Assembly: GCF_000419525.1 (NCBI RefSeq)
Contig: NZ_ATTE01000001.1
Location: 2,028,655 to 2,092,654, forward strand
Reading direction: 5' to 3'
DNA length: 64,000 nt
DNA from: Leucothrix mucor DSM 2157
Lineage (GTDB): Bacteria > Pseudomonadota > Gammaproteobacteria > Thiotrichales > Thiotrichaceae
Of the stretch, positions 1 through 11,288 are shown piece after piece (position 1 is the stretch's first letter; every line of letters begins with the position of its first letter). The position numbers were made by a program, and so were the translations under genes. The notes beneath the pieces were generated by a model that saw nothing but the letters and a program-made list of their open reading frames with translations, was not told the origin of the DNA and ran no database searches.

Positions 1-196
1 TTTGGATACGCTCGCCACCAATTACTTTTTCTTTGGCGGATAGCACACGGTCATCAATCAGGATATCCCCTGCTTTTAGCCACTTTTGAAGTTGGCTGCG
101 AGAGTATTCGGGGCATAGATCGGCAATTACCCGATCAACTCGCTGATTGAAACCGGATTCCGGAACGATAAGTTCAATAATTTCCACGTCTGACAT
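1..196 (-). CDS. rluD: 23S rRNA pseudouridine synthase RluD, N-terminal part (CDS continues beyond window start)
   Basis: Minus-strand translation from ATG at 194-196 gives MSDVEIIELIVPESGFNQRVDRVIADLCPEYSRSQLQKWLKAGDILIDDRVL, the S4-like N-terminus typical of RluD. It is divergent from bamD as in E. coli. The ORF-track entry 127..348(-) is a different frame and looks spurious. Confidence 0.7.
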   Translation of the reverse strand, partial: MSDVEIIELIVPESGFNQRVDRVIADLCPEYSRSQLQKWLKAGDILIDDRVLSAKEKVIGGERIQ

Positions 197-373
197 TGAT
201 GGTCTATAATCACATTGCTAAATAATGTGGGGATTATACGGCATATCATCGTGCGCATGTCGTAATTCGCTTGCGATGCAGTGTATAATTCTTGTTTAAA
301 GGTTGACGGGGAGCTAACAGAATGGATCTGCGAGTACGTTCCCACCAATAATCATAATTAAGAGTCACAGACT

Positions 374-1153
374 ATGAACCGATGGAAACTTCTGGCAATC
401 GCTTCACTGGCAATAAGCCTTTCGGCATGTTCAATGCTGAGCCAAAATAAAGATAAAGAGACAAAAGTTGACAGCACAGTGAGTGCAGAGCAACTGCTAA
501 AGCAAGGACGCGACGCCACTAAAGCCAGAGATTACGAGGCAGCGATCAAAAGCTTTGAATCATTGGAAGCACGCTACCCTTTAGGTAAATTTGCAGAGCA
601 AGCGATGCTTGAGTCGGCTTATGCCTATTACAAGTATGATGAGGCGGATACCGCTCTGGATACCATCGACCGCTTTATGCGCATGTATCCTCGTAGCGCA
701 CGAATTGATTATGCGCTGTACTTACGCGGCTTGGTTAACTTTAACCGTGGCGGCAGTATTGTTGACCGTATTTTCCCAAGAAGCTTCTCGGATCTGGACT
801 CAGTCCGTAAAAAGGAGGCCTTCCATGACTTCCAACGCCTGCTGACTCGTCACCCTGACAGCAAATATGCACCGGATGCTGCGAAGCGACTGGGCTACTT
901 AAGAAATACATTGGGCGGTACTGAAGCGAATATCGGTAAATACTACATGAAACGTGGCGCGTATCTGGCTGCTTTCAACCGTGCGGAATACACGATTAAG
1001 CACCATCAGGGAACACCTGCAGTGATTGATGCCTTGCAGATTAAAGTCTGTGCAGCACGTGCGCTGAAACGGGAAAAAATTGCTAGTGATGCGATGCGTG
1101 TATTGCAGCTTAACTTCCCTAACAAGACGGAATTCAGCTGTAACTTTAATTAA
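374..1153 (+). CDS. bamD: Outer membrane protein assembly factor BamD (YfiO/ComL-type TPR lipoprotein)
   Basis: 259 aa. Lipoprotein signal with lipobox LSAC, TPR-like repeats, and position divergent from rluD. Confidence 0.85.
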   Translation: MNRWKLLAIASLAISLSACSMLSQNKDKETKVDSTVSAEQLLKQGRDATKARDYEAAIKSFESLEARYPLGKFAEQAMLESAYAYYKYDEADTALDTIDRFMRMYPRSARIDYALYLRGLVNFNRGGSIVDRIFPRSFSDLDSVRKKEAFHDFQRLLTRHPDSKYAPDAAKRLGYLRNTLGGTEANIGKYYMKRGAYLAAFNRAEYTIKHHQGTPAVIDALQIKVCAARALKREKIASDAMRVLQLNFPNKTEFSCNFN

Positions 1154-1181
1154 TCAGCTGATTACACAGTAAGAACTAAAA

Positions 1182-1210
1182 AGGCAGCGAATTAATCGCT
1201 GCCTTTTTTT
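1182..1210 (+). terminator. Rho-independent terminator downstream of bamD
   Basis: Hairpin aggcagcgaATTAatcgctgcct followed by a T7 run. Confidence 0.6.
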
Positions 1211-1230
1211 ATGGATGCCTTTCTGCTTTC

Positions 1231-1324
1231 GCTAACTGGCTAACTGGCTAACTGGCTAACTGGCTAACTGGCTAACTGGCTAACTGGCTAACTGGCTAAC
1301 TGGCTAACTGGCTAACTGGCTAAC
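1231..1324. repeat. Perfect octanucleotide tandem repeat (GCTAACTG/CTAACTGG), about 11-12 copies
   Basis: Read directly from the sequence. It is uninterrupted, about 94 nt long, and lies between the convergent 3' ends of bamD and radC. Confidence 0.95.
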
Positions 1325-1345
1325 GCATGATTTTCCACTGCTTTG

Positions 1346-2017
1346 TTATAGATAGCCACGCTCAGCAAATGAAACTACTTCATCCCCAATCACAAAATGA
1401 TCTAACACGCGCACATCCACCAAATTCAACGCTTCTTTCAAGCGATCAGTAATCCGATGATCTGCCTGACTAGGTTCAGCAACGCCCGAAGGATGATTAT
1501 GAGCAAAGATTATTGCCGCCGCATTATGATGAATCGCATGTCTAACCACTTCACGCGGATGCACACTGGCACTATCAATCGTTCCTCGAAACAGCTCTTC
1601 ATACTCAATCACACGATGCTTATTATCCAGAAATAAACAAGCAAAAACCTCATAAGGATAGCCGCGTAAACGATGCGTCAGATAATTACGAACCGCATTC
1701 ACATCTGTCAACGCCTCGCCATGCCTGAGCTTCTCCTCCAGATAGCGACGACTCATTTCCACCACCGCCTGCAACTGCACAAACTTAGCCTGACCCAAAC
1801 CTTTGCTTTGACAAAAGCGAGCCTCATTCGCGCCCAATAGCTCACGCAAACCGCCAGCATCGCTCAAAATGTCTCTCGCGAGATCAACAGCAGTCTTGCC
1901 TTTAATCCCGGTTCTAAGGAAAATCGCCAACAACTCGGCATCTGAAAGTGCCTCAGGACCACGTTGCAGTAATTTTTCGCGTGGCCGATCTTCAATTGCC
2001 CAATCTGTAATTGCCAT
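1346..2017 (-). CDS. radC: RadC-family JAB/MPN domain protein (UPF0758)
   Basis: 223 aa. HNHPSG JAMM-like motif and helix-hairpin-helix N-terminus, with the typical position next to coaBC. Confidence 0.85.
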   Translation of the reverse strand: MAITDWAIEDRPREKLLQRGPEALSDAELLAIFLRTGIKGKTAVDLARDILSDAGGLRELLGANEARFCQSKGLGQAKFVQLQAVVEMSRRYLEEKLRHGEALTDVNAVRNYLTHRLRGYPYEVFACLFLDNKHRVIEYEELFRGTIDSASVHPREVVRHAIHHNAAAIIFAHNHPSGVAEPSQADHRITDRLKEALNLVDVRVLDHFVIGDEVVSFAERGYL

Positions 2018-2053
2018 AGAGTTTATTTTTCTTAATTTTGGTAGAATTAAAGT

Positions 2054-3283
2054 ATGACCAAATTATCTGCTAAGAACATCCTTATAGGGATAAGTGGCGG
2101 CATTGCAGCCTATAAATCTGCCGAGCTTGTCCGTTTATTCATTAAGTCCGGAGCCAATGTGCGCGTCTGTATGACGCCGGGTGCGCGTGAATTCATTACG
2201 CCACTCACATTGCAGGCGCTCTCTGGCAATCCGGTTCACACGGCGCTGCTCGACCCTGAAGCCGAAGCAGGCATGGGGCATATTGAGCTGGCTCGCTGGG
2301 CTGACTTGATAGTCATAGCCCCTGCGACCGCGGATTTGATGGCACGCTTACGCATCGGCATGGCGGATGACCTATTAAGCACACTGGTGCTTGCCACCGC
2401 AGCACCGGTGCATATTGCACCTGCCATGAATCAGCAAATGTGGGCGCATCCTGCAACACAGGAGAATGTGAATATTCTCAAGCAGCGCCATCATATTCAT
2501 GGGCCAGCCGCCGGCGAGCAAGCCTGTGGCGATGTGGGCTATGGCCGCATGCTGGAGCCACAGCAAATTGTTGATGCCGTAAGTGCCACACTGGAGCTAA
2601 CCCACACTCCAAGACCCAAGACGTTGGCCGGTCATCGACTATTAATCACAGCCGGTCCGACACGCGAGCCGCTCGACCCTGTACGCTACCTTACCAATCG
2701 CAGCTCAGGTAAAATGGGCTATGCAATTGCTGAAGCAGCCGCCTCAATGGGTGCTGAAGTGGTATTGGTTTCAGGACCGACTCAACTCGATACGCCTGAA
2801 GGTGTTCGCCGAATTAATATAGAAACTGCCGCCGAAATGCTTGAGGCAGTGACTAGTGAAGTGCCGGGTACCTCGATTTTTATCGCCGCCGCCGCCGTTG
2901 CAGATTATCGCTTGAAAGAAGTCGCGACTAAAAAAATGAAAAAACAAGGATCTGCGCTACACTTAGAGTTAGAACAAAACCCTGACATTCTGGCCAAAAC
3001 CAGCTTGGGTAACCCCGATTTATTTACGGTCGGTTTTGCTGCCGAAACGGATGACGTGATTCATTACGCTTCCGGCAAGCTCAAACGTAAGCAGCTGGAT
3101 ATGATCGTTGCCAATCAAGTCGGCAACGGTAAAGGCTTCGATAAAGACAGCAATCAGGTCGATATCCTCACCGCTGCCGGTGGCCACTTTACGTTACCAG
3201 AAGCCAGTAAAACTCAGCTGGCCTTTGAGATTCTTGACATTATCAATACCGTTTACCAACAAGGACAAGTACGACTCACATGA
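2054..3283 (+). CDS. coaBC: Bifunctional phosphopantothenoylcysteine decarboxylase / phosphopantothenate-cysteine ligase
   Basis: 409 aa. Flavoprotein N-domain (ISGGIAAYK) and CoaB C-domain, followed by dut as in the conserved dfp-dut arrangement. Confidence 0.9.
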   Translation: MTKLSAKNILIGISGGIAAYKSAELVRLFIKSGANVRVCMTPGAREFITPLTLQALSGNPVHTALLDPEAEAGMGHIELARWADLIVIAPATADLMARLRIGMADDLLSTLVLATAAPVHIAPAMNQQMWAHPATQENVNILKQRHHIHGPAAGEQACGDVGYGRMLEPQQIVDAVSATLELTHTPRPKTLAGHRLLITAGPTREPLDPVRYLTNRSSGKMGYAIAEAAASMGAEVVLVSGPTQLDTPEGVRRINIETAAEMLEAVTSEVPGTSIFIAAAAVADYRLKEVATKKMKKQGSALHLELEQNPDILAKTSLGNPDLFTVGFAAETDDVIHYASGKLKRKQLDMIVANQVGNGKGFDKDSNQVDILTAAGGHFTLPEASKTQLAFEILDIINTVYQQGQVRLT

Positions 3284-3738
3284 TTCCAAGCATCGAGTAC
3301 AAAATATTAGACCCCAGAGTGGGCGACACAATTCCATTACCAAGCTACGCCACTGATGGCTCAGCGGGTATGGATTTACGAGCCTGCCTCGATGATGCGC
3401 TAGTGCTTGAAGCTGGCCAAACGGAGTTAATACCCACGGGGATCGCAATTCACATTGCAGACCCCGGCATTGCAGCAACCATCCTGCCACGCTCAGGATT
3501 GGGCCATAAACATGGCTTAGTATTGGGCAATTTGGTGGGATTAATTGATTCTGATTATCAGGGTCAGCTATTTATTTCCTGCTGGAACCGAAGCCAAACG
3601 GCTTACACGATTGAACCTGGCGACCGCATAGCGCAACTAGTCTTTGTGCCTGTGTTACAAGTCAGCCTAAAACCCGTCGATAGCTTTGATAGCAGTGAGC
3701 GTGGTGCAGGTGGTTTCGGACACTCAGGAAAACAATAA
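3280..3738 (+). CDS. dut: dUTP diphosphatase
   Basis: 152 aa. dUTPase motifs (AGxDLRA, GLIDSDYRG-like GLIDSDYQG). Its start overlaps the coaBC stop. Confidence 0.9.
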   Translation: MIPSIEYKILDPRVGDTIPLPSYATDGSAGMDLRACLDDALVLEAGQTELIPTGIAIHIADPGIAATILPRSGLGHKHGLVLGNLVGLIDSDYQGQLFISCWNRSQTAYTIEPGDRIAQLVFVPVLQVSLKPVDSFDSSERGAGGFGHSGKQ

Positions 3739-3780
3739 TGATTAAAATAATACCTATATACCCCCGAGTGGAGCAGTCTT

Positions 3781-5169
3781 ATGCAACCTATTCAACCCGA
3801 GATTTTTCGTGCCTATGATATTCGTGGCAAAGTAAACGAAGAGTTTTTCCCGCCGGATGCTTATGCAATCGGCTTGGTGATTGGTCATAACTTACTAAAA
3901 CAAGGCCGATGCAAAATCTTGCTCGGCCGTGATGGCCGCTTAAGTAGCCCCATCATTAAACAGAGCTTGCTGAGTGGCTTGCTTGATTCTGGCTGCGATG
4001 TAGTCGACCTGGGCTTAACCCCTACTCCGGTCGCCTATTTTGCATTGGCACATCTGGAGATTCCGGATGCTGTCGTTGTCACGGCCAGTCACAACCCCGG
4101 TCATTACAACGGCATCAAAATGGTTATGGATAGCGCCCCGCTGTCTAAGGAAGCCATTCGCCAGATTTATGATTCGATTTTTGAAAAGCAATTCTCGGCA
4201 TCTGAAGTCGTCGGTCAGCATCATCACTATGACACGATTTTGGACGACTACAACCGTGCAGTGATTGCTGACATTAAGATGAGTAAGTCCTTAAAAATCG
4301 CGGTCGACTGCGGAAATGGCGTGACGTCATTACATGCAGAAGCGCTATTTAAAGGCATTGGCTGCGAAGTCACCCCCTTGTTTTGCGAGTTAGATGGTAA
4401 CTTTCCGAATCATTCGCCAGATCCCACTGAGCCTGCGAATCTTCGTGCGCTGCAAGAGCTGGTAGTTAAGAACAAGCTGGATATCGGTATTGCCTTTGAT
4501 GGTGATGGCGATCGCGTGATTGCGGTCGATAATCAAGGCAAAATCCTTTGGCCAGATCGCATTATGATCCTGCTGGCCAAAGCCATGCTTAAAGAGAATC
4601 CCGGTGCGACGGTGGTTTGCGATGTGAAGTGCAGCTACCTACTGAATAATGCGGTGCAAGAAGCTGGCGGTGAGATTTCCTTATGCCCAACCGGACACTC
4701 GCACCTAAAGCGCCAAACACTGAAACACGATGCCATTTTGGGTGGTGAGTTTAGCGGCCATATTATTCTGCGCGATCGCTGGTCCAACTACGATGATGGT
4801 TTATATGCAGCAGCCCGCTTAATAGAGCTTCTAGCCAACTCCGAACTCACTTGCGAGCAACAGTTTGCTGAGCTACCCGATAACTACAGCACACCAGAGT
4901 ACCGGCTTGATCTAGGCAATGCCACAGCGGCGCACGCCATGATTGCCACGCTGATTAGTAGTGCACACTTTAATGATGCCACGCCCTGCATGATTGATGG
5001 CATGCGGGTTGACTACAATGATGGCTGGGGCCTAATGCGCGCGTCTAATACCAGTCCGGACCTCACCTTCCGCTTTGAAGCGGCGACTGAGCAACGATTA
5101 GAGGCGATTAAAGTACCATTTCGGGATTTACTCCGCGAGGTCGGAATAAAAGCTGATTTGCCGTTCTGA
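3781..5169 (+). CDS. algC: Phosphomannomutase/phosphoglucomutase
   Basis: 462 aa. Active-site TASHNP(GHY) motif and GDGDR Mg-binding motif. The order dut-algC-argB matches Pseudomonas-type synteny. Confidence 0.8.
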   Translation: MQPIQPEIFRAYDIRGKVNEEFFPPDAYAIGLVIGHNLLKQGRCKILLGRDGRLSSPIIKQSLLSGLLDSGCDVVDLGLTPTPVAYFALAHLEIPDAVVVTASHNPGHYNGIKMVMDSAPLSKEAIRQIYDSIFEKQFSASEVVGQHHHYDTILDDYNRAVIADIKMSKSLKIAVDCGNGVTSLHAEALFKGIGCEVTPLFCELDGNFPNHSPDPTEPANLRALQELVVKNKLDIGIAFDGDGDRVIAVDNQGKILWPDRIMILLAKAMLKENPGATVVCDVKCSYLLNNAVQEAGGEISLCPTGHSHLKRQTLKHDAILGGEFSGHIILRDRWSNYDDGLYAAARLIELLANSELTCEQQFAELPDNYSTPEYRLDLGNATAAHAMIATLISSAHFNDATPCMIDGMRVDYNDGWGLMRASNTSPDLTFRFEAATEQRLEAIKVPFRDLLREVGIKADLPF

Positions 5170-6099
<930 letters not shown>

Positions 6100-6125
6100 A
6101 GTACCGCGTTAGCTAGAATGCAAAC

Positions 6126-6446
6126 TTAGATTTCCAGTCCTTTTAACTTATAGTGATAAATTGGGACTGGAGTCTGTAGTGGGAAAGAATCCTCAAGCGG
6201 AACCGGACGGCCACGATAACCTGGCGTCACATCAAAGGTATTTGCATCTTTATTCCAAACCAAGTCGTAATTAACCTTGCGGTCAACATTCACTGGATTG
6301 TACTCGTGAGCGCCCAACGACCAGTGTAAGGTCGGGGATTCATCAATCACGATTTTTGTCTTTGAAAAGTGTGCGCTACCGGCCCATACCACGCCCGGTA
6401 ATGCGATTAATAGTGCTACATACTTGATACGCTTCTTCATAGCCAT
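6126..6446 (-). CDS. Hypothetical secreted protein
   Basis: 106 aa with an N-terminal signal peptide (MAMKKRIKYVALLIALPGVVWA). No recognised domain. Confidence 0.4.
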   Translation of the reverse strand: MAMKKRIKYVALLIALPGVVWAGSAHFSKTKIVIDESPTLHWSLGAHEYNPVNVDRKVNYDLVWNKDANTFDVTPGYRGRPVPLEDSFPLQTPVPIYHYKLKGLEI

Positions 6447-6892
6447 CTCCTAACACGGTTTTTATAGTCCAGATACTTTTGCCCGAACTTTTTTGTAAGT
6501 ATTATTTCTTCCGGAATAATCTGCTGTGTCGTCAGTAACACGATAAACAACGGCAATCCCAGCAATGGTGTAACGCTTCCTAACCAGAGTGCAAATCCCA
6601 GCAAATTCGTCAACAAGCCCAGATACATGGGGTTACGGGTGTATTGATACAAGCCCCCATCGACAAGTTCCTGCGAATTATCCGGCTTCATTGGGTTGAT
6701 TGTTGTTTTAGCTTTGAAGAACAAGGCAATGGCCCACAAATCAAAACTAACCCCAACTGCCAAAATGAACAGTCCAATCATATTCCACGGTTCATGTAGC
6801 CACTGCGCTATTGGCATCCATTGATGTAAAAACCACATCAGGGCTGCAATTGACAGAGTATAAACCGGCGGTGGTATCTTAAGCTTAAACAT
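6437..6892 (-). CDS. Isoprenylcysteine carboxyl methyltransferase-like / phospholipid methyltransferase family membrane protein
   Basis: 151 aa and multi-TM. The C-terminal RNPMYLG...L motif is typical of the ICMT/PEMT family. It overlaps the downstream ORF by 10 nt. Confidence 0.55.
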   Translation of the reverse strand: MFKLKIPPPVYTLSIAALMWFLHQWMPIAQWLHEPWNMIGLFILAVGVSFDLWAIALFFKAKTTINPMKPDNSQELVDGGLYQYTRNPMYLGLLTNLLGFALWLGSVTPLLGLPLFIVLLTTQQIIPEEIILTKKFGQKYLDYKNRVRRWL

Positions 6893-7014
6893 TTTGGCCT
6901 TAACTACTCACATGCTCTATTGATTAGGCAGCGAATATGAACCTTTGTTCACCCAATGGCAACCTCTCTATCTTCTCATACCCCTAGAATCAGACCAATT
7001 GAGCTTACAAAACT

Positions 7015-8616
7015 TTACAAAGTGGTAATCCAATTTTGTATTTTTTGCTGTTCTTCTAGTAATAACGGTGAATCAGGGGGCATTGGACGCACAGTATCGT
7101 GAAATAAACGCTCTTCAATCAAGCGCATACCTTCGTTTTTCAATAGCCACTGGCTAGGTAAACGCATGGCTTCCACCGTATTAGGCAAGGTATGGCAACT
7201 TTGACAACGGGTTAAAAACACCTGTGCTGCCGCCTTATCTATCACTGCAATCGTTGCCTCATTACCAATACCTGGCTTATTCGTTGGCTTAGCATTGTAA
7301 GCCTCGCCTCTGGCAATTCGTAATACCGCCTGATTAATATCATCCACCATCCAGATCGCACCATCATCTGCTACGGTAATCCCAACGGGTCGCCCCATTG
7401 GTCGAATTCCTGAGACGGCATCCATTTGGCTGATCACTTCATGCGCCTGTGCAATGTTTCCTGATTCGGGATACGCACGCCGGGTGAAAAGTGGATTGCG
7501 TCCGGGGTGATTATCATCAATAAAATAATATGCCTGCTTTGAGCGCTTCGGCAAACCAAAGCCATCGACCGCATAACTGACCAAGCGATGACCCGTATCG
7601 CGGTAGCCATGCCATGCAACTAGCAGGCTATTTTTCAGCTCTTTAAACATATCACCATTGTAATAACGCATATCTAATGGCGCGGCATGAGCTGGCATTA
7701 ATACCCAAGGGCGTCGGTGCTCTCGGCGGTCTGCACAAATTTTGCCGCCATGCGTTGGCCAGAGGTGACTGACTTGATCGTTGTCATAACAATACGGCCA
7801 GCCATAAAAGCCACCATCTTCCAGCACATTAATCTCCTCAAATGGCTGCTCAGCGCCGGGTAAATCTACACTGTTCTCAGCCTGCAATAACACACCACTG
7901 GGGTGACTACTCAGCGCCATGGAGTTGCGCAAGCCACGGGCGATAACTTTAAAAGTAGGAGACCAGCTATTAGTGGCCGCTTGATAAGCGTAACGGCGAA
8001 CGGCTGCATTGGTATTGGGCGTGTCATTAACTTGGGTACAAAACACCGCACGCGCATCAGCCTTGCAGTCATCGCTCGGCGCGCCCACATTCACAATAAG
8101 ATTGGAGTCTTTATCAAATATAAAATGTGTGAGTGGATGGCGGTGCGCTTTCCAGTCGGGCAAGTTTCTCACCACGCTCTGCACACCAACCGCCCTATCA
8201 TTACGAAGACGAAAGCGGAAAATGCGGTTGGATTCACCCACATAAAACTGACCTTTGGGGCCAATCTCCAAGCCATGCGGCAACTTAAGGCGGCTCAGTA
8301 TTGAGGTTAACGTCGCGGGCTTTTTAGAGGCATCCAGCAGCCAAACATGACCTCTGCCACGCTGCCAACCACCCATATCGGTAATCAGGAATTTCGGTTT
8401 GCCGGGGACTTGCACAATGCGGCGCGGCTTTTTCCAGCCATAGGGTTTGCTCCCCTGCGCCACCACACCCACACAAACGTTCTCAGCCGTGCCGACTTGG
8501 GCTTGCGGATAGCCATCACACAACTGATCGAATACGGGGTAGTTTTCTGCGAAACACAGGGATGTAAAAAACAAACAATTAAAAATTATTAAATATTTCA
8601 TAGGCTGACCCGACAC
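7015..8616 (-). CDS. PQQ-dependent sugar dehydrogenase (sorbosone/glucose dehydrogenase-like beta-propeller) with C-terminal cytochrome c domain
   Basis: 533 aa. Signal peptide and a soluble-GDH-like propeller, with a CQSCH haem-binding motif near the C-terminus. Confidence 0.65.
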   Translation of the reverse strand: MSGQPMKYLIIFNCLFFTSLCFAENYPVFDQLCDGYPQAQVGTAENVCVGVVAQGSKPYGWKKPRRIVQVPGKPKFLITDMGGWQRGRGHVWLLDASKKPATLTSILSRLKLPHGLEIGPKGQFYVGESNRIFRFRLRNDRAVGVQSVVRNLPDWKAHRHPLTHFIFDKDSNLIVNVGAPSDDCKADARAVFCTQVNDTPNTNAAVRRYAYQAATNSWSPTFKVIARGLRNSMALSSHPSGVLLQAENSVDLPGAEQPFEEINVLEDGGFYGWPYCYDNDQVSHLWPTHGGKICADRREHRRPWVLMPAHAAPLDMRYYNGDMFKELKNSLLVAWHGYRDTGHRLVSYAVDGFGLPKRSKQAYYFIDDNHPGRNPLFTRRAYPESGNIAQAHEVISQMDAVSGIRPMGRPVGITVADDGAIWMVDDINQAVLRIARGEAYNAKPTNKPGIGNEATIAVIDKAAAQVFLTRCQSCHTLPNTVEAMRLPSQWLLKNEGMRLIEERLFHDTVRPMPPDSPLLLEEQQKIQNWITTL

Positions 8617-8722
8617 TGCGTATAGTTTAAACTTGTTGCAATAAAGACTTCTCCGCCCCTGTCCGCTGCATCATACAGGCAGGAATAACCAACAAATAGT
8701 ATAAATTACAACGACAATCACT

Positions 8723-9220
8723 ATGACTTCTCAACCTTCTATTCGCCCGATCTTTCTACTTGGCTTTCTGATGTGCGCAGGCATGATCGGGGTCGCTCTA
8801 TTTGCTCAGTACTATATGTTGCTGGACCCTTGCCCCTTATGCATCTTTGCCCGCGTAGCGACCATGGTTATTGGTGCAGTCTTTTTGTTGGGTGCGATAC
8901 ATAATCCATCAGGCACTACCGGCCGCCGTGTTTACGGTCAGCTGCTAGTACTTGCAGCCCTAGGCGGCATTGCGATTACCGGTCGCCACTCTTACCTGCA
9001 GCACCTACCACCAGAGCACGTACCTGCTTGTGGCCCGGGTTTAAGCTATTGGATTGATAACCTTCCTGCTTTTGATGTATTTAGCAAAGTGTTTCAAGGC
9101 AGTGGCGAATGCGCCGCAGTCTCCTGGAGCATGTTCGGCCTAAGCATTCCGGAGTGGACTTTAGCAGTCTTCGCAGTGTTCATGATATATGGGCTCAAAG
9201 TTCTCATCAAAGGCCGCTAA
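8723..9220 (+). CDS. dsbB: Disulfide bond formation protein B
   Basis: 165 aa, four TM segments, CPLC redox motif (DPCPLCIFARV) and a second Cys pair in the periplasmic loop. Confidence 0.8.
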   Translation: MTSQPSIRPIFLLGFLMCAGMIGVALFAQYYMLLDPCPLCIFARVATMVIGAVFLLGAIHNPSGTTGRRVYGQLLVLAALGGIAITGRHSYLQHLPPEHVPACGPGLSYWIDNLPAFDVFSKVFQGSGECAAVSWSMFGLSIPEWTLAVFAVFMIYGLKVLIKGR

Positions 9221-9268
9221 GTAGTGCTACAATGCGCCCCATTACGCTATTGATAAGAGGATTACACC

Positions 9269-9619
9269 ATGGATGTCATGGATAGAATTAAGAGTGCAGT
9301 TGAAGAGAACCCAGTCATCATTTTCATGAAGGGCTCTCCAAAATTGCCACAGTGTGGTTTTTCAAGCCGTACAGCACAGGCGCTAATGGCTTGTGGCGAA
9401 GAGTTCGCTTATGTTGATGTGATTCAGGATATGGAAATTTTCCAAAACCTGCCACGTTATGCAGATTGGCCTACATTCCCACAAGTATATGTGGGCGGCG
9501 AGCTGATCGGTGGTTGTGATATCACACTAGAAATGTATGAAAGCGGTGATTTATTGCCAGCAATCAAAGCAGCCCGTACTGCCGCTGGTTTGCCAACAGC
9601 AGATTCTGCTGAAGGTTAA
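9269..9619 (+). CDS. grxD: Monothiol glutaredoxin Grx4 family
   Basis: 116 aa with the CGFS active-site motif (PQCGFSSR). Confidence 0.9.
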   Translation: MDVMDRIKSAVEENPVIIFMKGSPKLPQCGFSSRTAQALMACGEEFAYVDVIQDMEIFQNLPRYADWPTFPQVYVGGELIGGCDITLEMYESGDLLPAIKAARTAAGLPTADSAEG

Positions 9620-9640
9620 TCGCTTCATCTGTTTTAAAAA

Positions 9641-9669
9641 GAGCCTCGCCTAGTGCGAGGCTTTTTTAT
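9641..9669 (+). terminator. Rho-independent terminator after grxD
   Basis: Hairpin gagcctcgcCTAGTgcgaggctt followed by a T-run. Confidence 0.6.
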
Positions 9670-9755
9670 ATCTGCACATAATCTGCAAAGCTCCCCCATC
9701 CTCACGCAACAAGTCCTCCGTACACTAACTCCATCAACTAATTTGGAGTGCTGTT

Positions 9756-11288
9756 ATGGAAATAATATTTGGAATTTTCGCATTGGTCGTACTGGCCGCC
9801 CTTGGCATAGGGAGCGTGATGGTATTGCTGTTTTTCGCCCGCAAAATGGGACTGATGAATTCACAACCGGTGGTGGTCGACCCTGATAATCCGGATGCTC
9901 CTGTCAGCGCCAACAGAAACTTCCAACTGCCTCCACTTAAACACTTCAGCCAGTCATTAGTCTCTCGCTTTGCCTTGGTCGCAGTACTCAGTTTACTGAT
10001 GAGCATTCCGTTAACCCTGGTAGAAAATGTGGTGTATGAACGCGGCCAGCTCTACAACTCAGTACTCAGCAGCATTGCCAGCACCTGGGGGCAGCAACAG
10101 CGCTTATCCGGCCCAGCTTTAGTGATTCCGTATACCGAGAAATTTATCAATGAAAGCGTACTCACGGACAAAGATGGCAATCAGCGCAAAGTGAATAAAA
10201 CCACCTACCAACAGCGCACCGCAATTGTATTACCTGAAAGCCTTACCATCGACAGCCAACTCAATGGCCATGAGCGCAGCCGTGGGATTTATAAATCACT
10301 GGTGTATAGCGCCGACCTCAGTCTGAAAGGTCAATTCAAGCGTCCGGATATCGAAAGCCTCTCCAGCAATATCGACACTATTCACTGGGATAAAGCGTGG
10401 GTTATGCTGGGCATTTCAGATACTCGTGCCATTAACAAAGTCTCAGCGCTTAACTGGAATAACGATGCTTTAGATTTTGAACCGGGCACTCGCCTGACCA
10501 AGCTCATTCAACAAGGCTTTCATGCACCGCTTAAGTTGGATAACACTTCCAAGCTCTACAACTACAACTTAACCCTCAACTTAAACGGCAGCGGCGGATT
10601 TTTCTTTGAGCCCTTTGCCAAAACTACAGATGTAAACCTAAAATCCGACTGGCCACATCCAAGCTTTCAAGGCAGCGTATTGCCCAGCGAGCGAGAAATT
10701 AGCGATAGCGGCTTTAGTGCACATTGGTCCATTCCCCACTTAGCCCGTAACTACCCGCAGCTTTGGGTGGTTGAAGAGCAGCAATTTGATCTGCATGAGT
10801 TTAGCGCTGGGGTGAATTTGTTTGAACCGGTGTCGCTATACTCGCAGATCACTCGCACCATTAAATACGGCATTCTGTTTATTGCCCTCACCTATATCAC
10901 TTTTGTGATCTTTGAACTCGGCATTAAGCGACGTTTACATATGGTGCAATATGGGGTGATTGGTTTAGCGCTGACCATGTTCTACCTCAGCTTATTGTCT
11001 CTGGCTGAGCATATCGACTTTATGCGCGCTTATATTGCGGCGGCGGTGTTGATTAGCGGGATGATCAGCCTGTACGCCTACTCGGCAGTGCGCAGTGCCT
11101 CGCGAGCGCTCTTGGTATTTTTATTACTCAGCGGCTTGTATACGATTTTGTATTCGCTATTAAAACTGGAGGATTACGCGTTATTGGTTGGCACGCTGTT
11201 ATTACTGGTGATCTTGGCGGTGGTGATGTACTTCACCCGTCACATTGCTCAGGAAAAAGCGACGGATCAGCAATTAACAGATGACTAA
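9756..11288 (+). CDS. creD: Cell envelope integrity inner membrane protein CreD family
   Basis: 510 aa. N-terminal TM, a large periplasmic domain and a C-terminal multi-TM region, with overall resemblance to CreD. Confidence 0.5.
   Translation: MEIIFGIFALVVLAALGIGSVMVLLFFARKMGLMNSQPVVVDPDNPDAPVSANRNFQLPPLKHFSQSLVSRFALVAVLSLLMSIPLTLVENVVYERGQLYNSVLSSIASTWGQQQRLSGPALVIPYTEKFINESVLTDKDGNQRKVNKTTYQQRTAIVLPESLTIDSQLNGHERSRGIYKSLVYSADLSLKGQFKRPDIESLSSNIDTIHWDKAWVMLGISDTRAINKVSALNWNNDALDFEPGTRLTKLIQQGFHAPLKLDNTSKLYNYNLTLNLNGSGGFFFEPFAKTTDVNLKSDWPHPSFQGSVLPSEREISDSGFSAHWSIPHLARNYPQLWVVEEQQFDLHEFSAGVNLFEPVSLYSQITRTIKYGILFIALTYITFVIFELGIKRRLHMVQYGVIGLALTMFYLSLLSLAEHIDFMRAYIAAAVLISGMISLYAYSAVRSASRALLVFLLLSGLYTILYSLLKLEDYALLVGTLLLLVILAVVMYFTRHIAQEKATDQQLTDD

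Noticed and set aside
127-348. ORF-track 73-aa minus-strand ORF
   Set aside because: It overlaps the rluD N-terminal coding region (1-196, different frame) and the bamD promoter. It has no motif support and is likely spurious.
591-845. 84-aa plus-strand ORF inside bamD
   Set aside because: It is an internal alternative frame of a well-supported gene.
1231-1324. CRISPR array
   Set aside because: It is an 8-bp perfect microsatellite with no spacers. No cas genes or repeat-spacer arrays were found anywhere in the window.
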